This document shows, one piece after another, positions 13,522-25,212 of a stretch of 64,000 nt of DNA (its first letter is position 1; each line of letters starts with the position of its first letter). The stretch spans positions 27,590,001 through 27,654,000 of the forward strand of contig NW_025963857.1 of NCBI RefSeq assembly GCF_023055435.1, in the 5' to 3' direction. Made by a program: the position numbers and the translations under genes. Under the pieces are notes generated by a model that saw nothing but the letters and a program-made list of their open reading frames with translations, was not told the origin of the DNA and did no database searches. The DNA is from Haliotis rufescens. Its lineage: Eukaryota.

Positions 13522-13814
13522 TTGTAGAACTTTGTCCAAAATCGTCCATCAGACTCTGTATAATGTGGTTTGGTTTAAGCTGACTGACCCACTCCTTTAC
13601 TGGTCTGGCAGGATTTGGTCACCTTCGTCAGCTGTCTACAGGAGGGACACGGGATGCATTTGTCTTGCATTGCTTCAGGCTGTGTTTTGGTGTATTTCAG
13701 CAGACATGTCTTACAGAATGTGTGACAACACTGAAGCGTGGCAGGGTCTGTGAACACCTCTGAACAGATGACACAGGTCAGGTAATTGTCTTCCAGCCTT
13801 TTAGCAGTCGCCAT
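13522..13814 (-). CDS. TRIM-NHL-like gene copy C, RING exon with a +1 frameshift
   Basis: Same splice sites as copy A but 293 nt instead of 292. An extra base in the TTT run at 13614-13616 shifts the frame to a stop at 13575. Confidence 0.7.
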
Positions 13815-15599
13815 CTGAGAGAAAATATACATTGATACTAGGTTCCACATCAACATTGACACAATTTGAAGCGTATAATTTGCAGGGGAAGAAGATTAAC
13901 GAGAGGCCATTCGTTAGCTTAGCTGGGGGGGGGGGGTCGGGACTCACCCCTTTTGAAAAGTTACTGAGTATGTTGTATGCAGTAAAATTATCTGAGGGAT
14001 CCATCGAGTTTAAATGTGCTGGATCCGCCTTTGATATTTGATTAAAATTCATGTTATCACAATAGAATCAGAGATGAGTCAAAATTGTTTTTGCAAATTG
14101 TAAAAATTGATGGTAGTCTCTAGCAGGGACATAACTCCGTCCATCTTCTCGATGACCGCCTGTTACACGACAGAGATCACCCCTGTCCTTTTCAATGGAG
14201 TTTTTGTGATGGGCAAAATCAACATCTAACTGTATTTTTTGCATTCTTTGCATATTTATTTCTGTGGATATTTTTGGGCATCTAATTTTTAATCTAAACC
14301 CAAACCATGACTTTCGCTATCGAAATCTGTAAGGCTACTTTCGTTATCAAAATCTATTTGAATATGAAAGAATAACATCTCCCTTATTATATCAACATTA
14401 CTTTAATTCGCTTAATGTTGTAATAATATGTTTAACTGTTTTGATGTATAAATCTACCATTAGAGTTTTACATATATGCAGAGCAACACTGTAGCAAGTG
14501 ATTACCTTGACACACACAGCAGAGGGCGTCTCACTTCCTTGTTGTGTCTTGACAACAAAGCTGGTCACGTGTATGTTTAGCGTGGGTAGTCACGCAATCA
14601 ATATGTACGTGTTCGTTTGCGATAGGACATATTAGTAACAGCAGTTTTAACTGTTTCAAGACTTGAGGCTCTTCAATAACAATGCTATTTATTAAACCTT
14701 ACATTAAAATACTAGCTTCTGATTGGTTAAGAGCGGGCAAATATTTTCCATGTAGCCCGCTTATGTACCCCGCAGGGAAATCAACCGGAACGCACCTTAG
14801 GTAACTTGCTTGTCTCGCATACGAATCGTTGAGCTGAACAACCGATGTTTATCCGAATGCATTGGGTAAAAGGAAGTAACTCGGTTCGTTTGCGTCGTCT
14901 GCTAGCTGTCACACTAGCTGAATCAAATTCGTTGTCAAACAATCCCTCAGGGCATATAGTGTGATTTACCCTGTGTGTGAGCATGTGTACCCCTGACGGC
15001 CCGGGATACATAGGCTCACACACGGGGTACATCACATTTTATACCCCTCTAGATCGGTTGTCAACTTATATTAACACATTCCTTCCTGCTGAGGGGGGAA
15101 TACGTTTGTAAACGTGCTAATTCTAGATCTACCTCCAACTACATAGATATCTGGTCAATGTAAATAACCCAATTGTGACTATGAAACTTGCTCATCAATA
15201 CAAAGCTTAGAAAACCCATCCCTTCACTAATTCCGTTTTGCGTGTACTCAATTTATTATTCTTTGATGCATAGGGACACTATATGGATATTCTCCCTGCT
15301 ATTACTCTTGGCAATACCTGCAAGTTTATATGGTAATTGTAAATGACCCACTTTTGAGTATATTTTAGATATTTCCATTGTAATAATGCTGTGAATAGAT
15401 TATGTCAGTTCTGTTAACATTATTACCTTGTTTGTGAATTGTCTCTGTTCTAGAATGTATCTTGTGTGAAAGCCCACACGGGCAATGTATTAGATAGAGT
15501 GTGTCGGATATATTATATTCAATCACATGTAAACTGTTGTATGACGTTGTGTACCGTGGAATATGTATCATGAGTAATGTAGGATGAATCTTCGCATAT

Positions 15600-15900
15600 A
15601 TTGCCCGCTTCGTGGTCAAGTGGAAGATCGGGGGTTCTATCCCCGGCCACATCATACCAAAAGACGTTAAAAGATGGTACTTGTTGACTGGCGCTAGCTC
15701 GGCATTAAGGGGCTAAAACAAGGACTGGTCGGCTCGAAGTCAGTATACTGTGTCTGAGTGGGGTATTCATGTTAAACTGCGGCAAGGTATCTCAGTGGGC
15801 TGACACATGAAATCGGATCAGTCCGGACTGGTACAACCAGCCACCCCCACGTGCACTTTCCCCCACCCTCTACTCCCACCGCACGCACGCCGCTAATTGA
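15600..15900 (+). mobile_element. SINE family 4 (tRNA head plus Meta-domain-like core)
   Basis: Core tcataccaaaagacgttaaaagatggtacttg...ggcattaagggg...aggactggtcggctcg, also present at 47322-47605. It resembles the MetaSINE core as I recall it. Ends are approximate. Confidence 0.6.
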
Positions 15901-16475
15901 GTGTAATAATCTTTTAACGTTAAACCCAAATTCACCTAACCACACCTCTTTGCATACAGTACATGTACTTCTATACCTGATTGTAAACATTCTCTAATAC
16001 TAGTAATTGATTGAAAGCATTCTGTTGTTGACTGAATTTATAAAAAATTCAGTGGCTGTCTGATAAACTGACTGTTTATTCACTCAGGTCTTGTGTTGTT
16101 GTGTGGGTTGGTCGCGTACAATGGTACCTTCCCTCACTCGTTTTAATAATGCGACAATAGGTTTTATGCGGCCCGCGTTAGGTTTGATATCACGACACTT
16201 GGGAGGTATAAACCTAACGTGGGACGCATAAAGCCACACATACCCCGAGGGATACTGCTACAACGAATCTACGAATCAACGAATCTACCTTGACGATCTG
16301 CCATTGTAAATGAATTGAAAGAGATTGAATGCTGTTCGATTGAGCTGAGGTTAACCAGTGCAGTGTAACGTGACTTTCGTTGACCCGTAAACAACGTGCA
16401 GCTTTTCGCTTCGTATCGGGGTGCAGGAGTTGGGAGGATATTTATTGTGCTGCTCAGGAATGTCCATGTATTATC

Positions 16476-16616
16476 GTCCCTGACCATCCTGATGTGTGAG
16501 AATATATCTTTGACAAAATTAAACTGCGCCGACACTGTCAGTGGAATCACCTTGTGGGTGCCAATGCCTACAAACAGGATGTCTTCTGTCCTGATAGTTG
16601 TCATACCTTGAGGATA
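16476..16616 (-). pseudogene. Isolated NHL-repeat fragment of a TRIM-NHL paralogue
   Basis: YPQGMTTIRTEDILFVGIGTHKVIPLT...FVKDIF aligns to YPHGIATTSTGDILLADWDSRKVIQLT...FVRDVL of copy C. Confidence 0.75.
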
Positions 16617-16626
16617 TGAGGTATCA

Positions 16627-17045
16627 GTTCTTCATACCAATGCCATATCAGGTTTTTCATGAGTAGAACTGATGGTGTTTCTTACCGTGGATCTATGGGC
16701 AACAGATGATAAAAGTCTGACTGTATTATCAGGAGGAAGGCCCCTGTTCTTCATACCAATACCATATCATGTTCTTCACGGGTAGAACTGATCATGATGG
16801 TGCTTATTACCGTGGACCTATGGCCTATAGATGATAAAAGTCTGACTGTATTATCAGGAGGAAGGCCCCTGTTCTTCATACCAATACCATATCATGTTCT
16901 TCACGGGTAGAACTGATCATGATGGTGCTTATTACCGTGGACCTATGGCCTATAGATGATAAAAGTCTGACTGTATTATCAGGAGGAATGCTCCCGGTTC
17001 TCCATAGCAATGCCATATCAGGTGCTGCATGGGTAAAACTGATGA
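16627..17045. repeat. Tandem repeat, ~120-125-bp unit, ~3.4 copies
   Basis: Units starting gttcttcataccaat... at 16627, 16746, 16871 and ~16997. Confidence 0.9.
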
Positions 17046-17418
17046 TATTCATTACATTTAAAACTGTGCCCATGAAATAAAAATTAATTGTCGATGTATG
17101 CCCTCCCTTACTACTCATGTAGAGGTGTTCTTTAATCGTACACTGTTTCTATGATAAAATGTATTTAGTGTCAGTAACATATCTTCATTTCATGGGAGAT
17201 AAAATGACCTATTTGTTTAATATGACAACTACACTTCTACACTGACTGGTATATTGTTGCTTACAATGACCTCAAATAAAGTAGTTTCCGCGGATTTTCT
17301 CAGCGAGAGGCACATTAATACAGTTATCCTCAGTTATTAGTACCTTTTGTACATTCGCGCGTGCGTGCCTTCTTTGCATCGAGGCATGTATGGTATGTTT
17401 ACCGTCTTTGCAGCCTTA

Positions 17419-17587
17419 GGGGCGGTGGGGTAGCCCAGTGGTTAAAGCTTTCGCTCGTCACGCCAAAGACCCGGGTTCGATTCCCGACATGGGTACAATG
17501 TGGGAAGCCTATTTCTGGTGTCCCCCGACGTGATATTGCTGGAATATTGCTAAACGCGGCGTAAAACAATACCCACTCTCTCAATCA
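17419..17587 (+). mobile_element. SINE family 1
   Basis: Full-length copy with TSD ctttgcagcctta / ctttgcaccctta. Confidence 0.85.
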
Positions 17588-19444
17588 CTTTGCACCCTTA
17601 CAAGTGTACCAGTGGCGGATGCTACCGGTATAATAGGACAATTGAGCGAACACCTGGTGTCATCACTTATGTTCAGTGATCGATTCATATAATGTCATCA
17701 CGATGTTGAATTTTCCCCATGGAATTCGTTCGGCTTGCGTCCGTGACTGAGTATTCTCCGGCGTCGACATTTGAATTTAAACGAATATAGAACACTCGTC
17801 TGTTTGTGCCTTTTATCATGCATATACGTTGTGTCATTGTTAGCATACATACATGGATTGCACAATTGCCTGTGTGTAGCACTTTACATCCATACATGTA
17901 TAGTCATGTATATGTATCTTCTCGCATGCATACACGTATGTATTGCGTCTTTTTATGAGTGCGTGGCTGTGTCACGAATTGTTTGATAGGCATTTCTTAG
18001 AAGTTGACGGATGACAAAGCAGACAAAACTTCTTTATGTTACTGCAATGGCGACGTTTCGGTAGGAAGTTGTTGTCATCATGTGTGTCTACCGTGTCTGT
18101 GTGACGTCTTTGCCTATATGTGTGTAAGTGTGTCACGATGTGTGGGTCCGGCCTTTCCATGATCATGAGTATAACAAATGTACTGCGCATATGTTCAGCG
18201 TGTGTATGTGTGTGAGTTCGTGCGCGCGCGCGTGTGTGTACCTTTTCCGCACATATGTTCAGTTCACTCTTTTGAAAATACATTAAAAGTTGCACAGATT
18301 CTAAAACTTTTTGGGTATTTTTAGGGGGAATTTTAAAATGTTCTGTTTTAATATGATATGAATTATTTACATATCAGTGCAATACACACTGAGCCAGTCG
18401 AAGGGGTACACTGTCTTCTCATGATCAATTACCTGGCCAAGCCGGCGTACAGTCCATTTGGCCAATGTGCACCGAAATATTACAAGCTGCATGGATTTGA
18501 AATTATTGTTCAATATACAATCGTGCATGATGTATATTTTATTATAATAAATATACACTGATCCAGTCCAAGGTGTACATGTGTGTGAGAACGCAATGAT
18601 AAATCGAGTCTGCTATTTTGACCGTCATATAAACATAAATCATTATCATGGTGCGGGGCTAGATCAAACCAATGGTCCACCATTTCATACACAATACGTA
18701 ATACCGGTCCCCACAAACATGTTGAAACACTCATGCGTTAAAAATGTACATGGCTAATGAATTGAATGAAGGTTGTAAACACACACTCCAAAAAGAAGCT
18801 CCTTAATATGCACCATGTCCCAAAATATAATTTGTTAAGTATTTAATAAACCCAAAGTTGTTTAAATACGACCCAGCTACAATAACATAAGTAAATGGGA
18901 TATATTTTTTTGCTGGATTTCAACAGCTATTCACACGTTTTACAAGCACTGGCTACACTTGTGATACATTTAGATAAACATGGTGCTTATGTACAGGCTA
19001 ATTTGGTCATACTCCCTAAGTGGTAAACAATTCAATTTTTTCATGTGGCAGATGAAACCAGACCCTGACGTCAAGATAATAGAAAGACTATTCACCCACG
19101 TAAGAAGTGACAGATACGTGTAGCGCAAACCGAACATGTTTTTAGACTAGCGTGTTAAAGTACGCTGTGAAGGGATCTATTTTGTCACTTAATCTTGTAG
19201 TACACAGACTTAGTCAAGTTTCCCTCACAAAGAAATCGCCTATAGTGCCTTAATTAATATAATCTACCATTCATTGAGAACTCGGAAGTTGACCAAATTC
19301 TCCATAAGGAAGATAAGCTATAAGATGAAATAGAAGAAGACAAATACTTAAAGATGTACATTAAAGGTTGTAGCTAACGCAAATCCTTTAAGTCGGTTTA
19401 TTGTAGACGTGAGATTTCGCATCCTGACTGGACAACTGTATGCT

Positions 19445-19450
19445 TATAAA
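19445..19450 (+). promoter_or_regulatory. TATA box of C1qDC gene 1
   Basis: TATAAA about 70 nt upstream of the ATG at 19517. Confidence 0.55.
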
Positions 19451-19516
19451 GGACGTGTTGGAGAGTTCGAGTCATTTACGAATCAAGTTGCTTGGAGAAG
19501 AAGTCCACAAAGCAAT

Positions 19517-19823
19517 ATGTCTGTCACAACATCGGCCCTTCTGTTCGGGATGTGCTTGGCTCAGATAGCCACCGCCCTGTGGCCCGTGTTTCCGACAAAT
19601 GGCGAAAATTCCCGAGACACTACAACAAACCCTCGGGAGCCGGATTCAAACTTCCAGACGGCGGGAACAACCGAAGTGTGTTCGTGTTTGGAGGAAATTT
19701 CACATCTCGAAAAACAACTAAGACTTACTCATGGAAGACTTGAGAGTTTTCAGCACAGAATGGACGAGCTGTCGGCGGAGTTATACAACATGCAGAACGG
19801 AATGAGGGCGTTGAGGAACGGAC
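19517..19823 (+). CDS. C1q-domain-containing protein 1, exon 1 (signal peptide, CSC motif, coiled coil)
   Basis: MSVTTSALLFGMCLAQIATA signal peptide, then EVCSCLEEISHLEKQL... heptads. 307 nt, donor GTTAGT at 19824 (phase 1). Confidence 0.85.
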
Positions 19824-20126
19824 GTTAGTACTTGCCACCGTTTAAGTTTATGGCGTTCATGATTGGTTTATTATGAGATATTTCAGTGTTCAGGAACTTC
19901 TTTAACAATTCCAAATTCTCGAGCATCCTAAATTTGTACCTTGCTCACCATTGCATCTGTGAAATGACGTCCAGAAAAGGTTCACGACATCGAATCTTAA
20001 TTTAACACTTACCTCGTTATTATGCCACCGTTTGAAATATAAGCGATACAAAATAATTCAAAATCATAAAATATCTCTGCTATGAACGTAAACTTATCAC
20101 ATTAAAATTCATATATCTAGTATGGT

Positions 20127-20524
20127 CTCCATTTTCTGACATTGTCGAATCCATTGTCTGATATCGTCTTATCCATTTTCTGATATTGTCTAATCCATTT
20201 TCTGTAATTGTCTGATCCATTTTCTATTATTGTCTGACCCATTTACTAATATTGTCCGATCCATTTTCTGATATTGTCTAATTCATTTTCTGATATTGTC
20301 TGATCCATTTTCTGAAATTGTCTAATCCATTCTCTGATATTGTCTGACCTATTTTCTGATATTGTCTGATCCATTTTCTGATATTGTCGAATCCATTTTC
20401 TGATATTGTCTGATCCATTTTCTGAAATTGTCTAATCCTTTCTCTGATATTGTCTGACCTATTTTCCGATATTGTCTGATGGATTTTCTGATATTGACTA
20501 GTCCATTTTCTGATATTGTCTGAT
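20127..20524. repeat. 22-bp minisatellite in the C1qDC1 intron
   Basis: About 18 copies of tccattttctgatattgtctga. Confidence 0.95.
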
Positions 20525-20645
20525 CTTCTTTAGGCTCGCTATACTGCCGTGAAGCTACATACGTTATCACTATAACGAGACTACATTATGGATATTCTCG
20601 GTGCCATGCTTCACTGTAACGTCCTATGCGTTCATCTATTTTCAG

Positions 20646-21064
20646 TTCGACCAGCTCTTGGACAATCACAGGACATTTCTTTCTCGGCCCGCGTTGGCAC
20701 CAACAGACCATATCTCAAGGACGTCGACACTGTAATCTTCGACGACATCATCATCAACAATGCTGGTGCATACGACCCCTACACCGGCAAGTTCACATCA
20801 CCTGCCATCGGTGTCTACCATTTCAGCGCCACCATCCTCAGTGGCTACAACACCACCATTGAAACAATGTTTGTGGTCAACGGGGCAGAAATGGGACGGT
20901 TGTATTCGGGTTCCTTCAACAACAGAGGTTCAGGAACAAACTCTATTCTTGTGAACTTGAAACAAGGCGATGAGGTTTCAATCAATTTGTTCTACGGCAA
21001 CGGGGATTATGTTCACGGACAATGGAGCACATTCTCTGGATATGCCGTGTCACTGTTTGGATAG
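20646..21064 (+). CDS. C1q-domain-containing protein 1, exon 2 (gC1q domain)
   Basis: Acceptor ttttcag with matching phase. FSAR...VIFDDIIINNAGAYDPYTGKFTSPAIGVYHFS...LKQGDEV...STFSGY is a typical gC1q domain. Spliced product 241 aa. AATAAA at 21377. Confidence 0.93.
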
Positions 21065-21741
21065 GTGGTGTGAGATTGCGGAAGCTCTTGTTTAAAAATT
21101 GACTGAAAATGGCGTGAAGTGGAACGTTTCCTTGCCAAACATTTTCATTGCTATCTGTATCATCTCGTCACACAAACGCATCTTTTTGTCAGATTCGTGT
21201 CATCCAACAAATGTTGATTGATTCATCATACACTCTTCCGTCGATGAATCATACACAGTACTTACTTGCATGTAGAGTCGATTGGGGTACGACCTGTGAT
21301 GAACAGTTACCTCATCATATCATACTCATAATCATAACCTGTACTATAGATTATTATATGCTGAATACAAATCATCAATAAAATATGTAACCTAATGCTT
21401 GTGTTTGTTGTCTTCGTAAGAAATCCGTAACTAACATTTCTGAAATAACCCTGACTGCACTTAAACCTGGATAGTGCATTCAACCACACGGTGCACACGT
21501 ACAACTATTTTAAATTGTGACACACATTTCGTTACTTAGCTGGTAGTCAAATGTCTATACATTTTGTTGTGACTTGGGTTAGTATGGCAGTTTTGAGGTG
21601 TTGACGTCTCTGGTGTCGACGTTCTATATTTATGAAACCTTCTCTGAAATATTTTTGATTGCAAGACTGATTGATCGTTTGTGAAACTAAATGTTGTGAA
21701 TTCTGGTAATAAACATAAGTGGGTTATTCATTTTAAATCGA

Positions 21742-21900
21742 TACTGGACGATCTAGGATTTGGTGATGTTAAATGTGGATTCAATATATGTATATACTGG
21801 GCGATCAATGGATTTGGTGATGTTAAATGTGGATTCAATATATATATATACTGGACGATCAATGGATTTGGTGATGTTAAATGTGGATTATATATATATA

Positions 21901-21971
<71 letters not shown>

Positions 21972-22020
21972 TGGACGATCTAGGATTTGGTGATGTGGAT
22001 TCAATATATATATATATATG
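21742..22020. repeat. ~59-bp tandem repeat with an internal (TA)n expansion
   Basis: About four units of tactggacgatc..ggatttggtgatgttaaatgtggattcaata(ta)n. Confidence 0.9.
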
Positions 22021-23906
22021 ACCAGAGATCTATTATATATCCCAAAACTTCATCTCATAAAATTAAAAAAAAATATGTATATCATTTGAACAAAACCAAT
22101 ACATTTTGGATGTATAGACACATAAAGAATGCCACCATTGCACTATTGTGCCTCGGGTGTTTGTGTGTGGCTGAAGCTGTGATATACCGTATGTAAGAAC
22201 ATCATTTTGTACCAAAGTGATATGTTTCTCAAAAAGGATGGTTTGTGTGTGGCTGTATGTAAGAACATCATTATACCAATATACATACATTGGTCCGAAC
22301 CTGGATTGGAATTGATTTTAAACCAACAATGCTCATATCCATGCAGTATGTGTACAAGTAGTTTCTCCTCCAAGTAGTGTATGGTAAAAGCGTATTAAAC
22401 TACATGTTCAGACTGCACAAAGCATATACATCTAAACGACGCCTTTCTACGTTCATGTGATTCATTGTCCAAATATATGGTTACATCAGAGTTCAAAAAC
22501 AATTATGCATTTTAAGATGTATTTCTGAAATCGAAAGAGAATAACTGTCCGAAATGAATATAAGGAATAAACTTAGGCCTCGGGTGTTATTTAAAATGAA
22601 TATAAAATTTCAAATATTAGCTTGTTTCAAATACAAGCGTGAGACTTGATTCCCGGATCCAAGTACAAAAAGCCTTATGGTCTATGCCACGTGGGTGTTA
22701 TATTCGATGGGATATTAAGCCCTGGTCGACCTTCATCATCTGGGCCAAAGCAACATAATACACGTAATAAGCCGTACATTCTACACACCACTTCCATCTT
22801 CGTGTCCGCGGTTGTTGTCCTATTGTGTTTACGTGCTTGTTCAGTGCGGTTTGCTTCGTGTGCTAGAACCGTTAAAGTCAGCATTAACTTGTCATGCGTC
22901 AACAGTAGCCCCTCAAAACAAACACGCAAATTGTCTCAGCGATGTTAAGTTAATTCCTGTCAAACAAGGGAGCTGTGCAGTTTGAGGAAGTTTTTGTTAT
23001 GAAACAGGAGACAATTTGTACAGATGTGATCCTGAGCCTGTGAGTAAGCTGTTGATGACGAGCGGTGTTACCACCACCAACTGCTACACCCAAAACTGGG
23101 CCTTTGTGTTCTGAGACATGGCGAGGAGGTGTACATTCAGGACTCTTTTCTGCTGATGACATCTAGCACCTTCATCACACTGCAACACACCCGACACGGC
23201 CTTTGTGTTGTTAATATAAATTGTCAATGCAAGGGAATAACCAACCTAGATTTACTTCCAAAAAGATTCCATTTGGCGTACAGGGCAAATAGGTGTGGAA
23301 ATTATATGAATGGATTACTGAAAATCAGTGATGACACCAGGTGTTTGCTAAAAGGGTAAGCAAGTCCTACCCTACCGTTAGCACCCGCCATTCATACAAT
23401 CTGCATAAAAAAGTAAGTATTTATTGCCTGACGTTGCACAGCAGCACTCTTGCCATGCGACGTATGCTTGAAAACAAACCATACAATCAAGTGATCGATG
23501 AACCAGAAAATCCAGCGACACGAGAGCACCAATACTGATTTTGTTAAAACTAATAGAAACAGGTATGTAAATATAAGTAAAGAAAACTTTAAGAAATATA
23601 TTCGTTTTGCAACACAGTTTGGCGCAGATGTAAAGTCTGGGCCCAAACATTTTTTTTGCAGTTGTCTCAGCATTGATAAATGCTACTAAGACACAACGCG
23701 TCAGATATGCTGAAAATTCTGGTCTCTTGTCTGTTGATGGGAGTAATGTCAGAGACAGGTTTCCACGACTGTGCTTAACATGGGTGGTTTGGGAAGCCAC
23801 GATATCTCTACGACCGTACAGGTTGTACTTCAGATCACTGTTGAACTTTAGGGCAGAAGATGTAAAATGCTTTAAATGTTCACAATTGCCTTTACCTGAC
23901 ATTTTA

Positions 23907-24174
23907 GACCCGTGGAGATTCGGGGTAAAATAGATCTTCAGCAACCCATGCTTGTCGAAAAGGCGACTGTGCTTGGTTAAGAGGCGACTAACGGGATCGG
24001 GTGGTCAGGCTTGGTTGATGCATGTCATCGTATCCCAATTGCGTGGAGCGATGCTCATGATGTCAATCACTGGATAGCATGGTCTAGACTCGATTCGTTA
24101 CAGATCGCCGTCATATAGCTGGAATATTGCTGAGTGCGGCGTTAAACAACAAACTAACAAACAAAAAAACAAAG
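23907..24174 (+). mobile_element. SINE-like family 2 (non-tRNA structured head, (AAAC)n tail), full length
   Basis: Starts GACCCGTG and ends gcggcgttaaacaacaaac. Perfect 11-bp TSD ctgacatttta (23896-23906, 24175-24185). Confidence 0.9.
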
Positions 24175-24778
24175 CTGACATTTTAAGCAACGATTCACTG
24201 AAATGCTTAAAAGTAGAATAATAAGAACCATGTCATCAATCCACTGGTAACATTTTACACCCATTCAATAGTAAAACTTCTTGTCTCTAACTATGAACAG
24301 GTGTAAGTGATTCACGTGAAAACATTTTATTGGAGAAGGGCTGATAGCATTGTAACGTCGTAGTCAACAATGCATACATCTGACATATATTATGTCATAC
24401 ATGCATACTGAAACCTAAAGTAAAATACCATAACTTATCCGTACTATCCATACACAATGTCTTTAGAAAAACGTACTCATTCACAACGGCGAGTCGAATA
24501 AATGAAAACTTGGGGAATATCGACAATGAAATATAACATGAGAACAAAGACGATTTTATATCAAAGTATATTTATTAAATTGTAAAATCATTATAATCAA
24601 CATAACACACGTCTAGATTAAGAGACAGGCGTTCCTATTCAACTCTCACAATACAAAAAAATAATACAAAAACTTCTTGGACCAGAGCGTGGATAGCACA
24701 CACACGCGAACTAGCTTCTTCGCCCTGCAAGGAAATGTCATATTGTTCACGAAAACCACAGTTTATTTTGCAAAGTTT

Positions 24779-25212
24779 TCAAGGATCCTTCTCATTGAGG
24801 ATAAACCCCGAAAACGTGCTGTAAAAGCCGTGGACGTGAGTGCCACCTTGATACAAGAGCCTTATCCAAACGCTGTCACCACTGCGGAGGTTTACAACGG
24901 CCGCGTTACTGCCAGATCCATGCGCGTCATGTGCGCCTGAGTACATCCGGGATACTTCTTTGTCATTGACTATGACCGCAGTTTCCACTTTGGTGTTGTA
25001 GCCGGATAACACCGTGGCAAAGAAGTAGTACGACCCAGAGAGGGGCGCCGTGAATTTACCAGTTTCTGAATTGTACCCCTCGCCGTTGTTGGTAATAGTT
25101 GTGTCGAAGATGACGGTGTCCAGAGGTTGTAGCTCTCGGTTGTAGCTCAGCTTGGCAGTGAAGGCGATTGCTGGCGGGTCTCTCTGGGCGGACAATGCAG
25201 TAGCTCGGGCGA
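24779..25212 (-). CDS. C1q-domain-containing protein 2, exon 2 (gC1q domain)
   Basis: Acceptor ttttatttcag at 25214-25213. Encodes AFTAKL...VIFDTTITNNGEGYNSETGKFTAPLSGSYYF...LRSGDSVWIRL...STFSGFIL. Spliced product 235 aa. Confidence 0.93.

Noticed and set aside
20127-20524. CRISPR-like appearance of the 22-, 59-, 71- and 120-bp arrays
   Set aside because: They are contiguous tandem units without unique spacers, in a spliced eukaryotic context with no cas genes.
22640-23200. GC-richer stretch with short ORFs between the two C1q genes
   Set aside because: All frames are interrupted and I recognise no protein family.
23378-23944. 188-aa minus-strand ORF
   Set aside because: It starts inside a family-2 element and runs through a dispersed repeat, with no domain signal.
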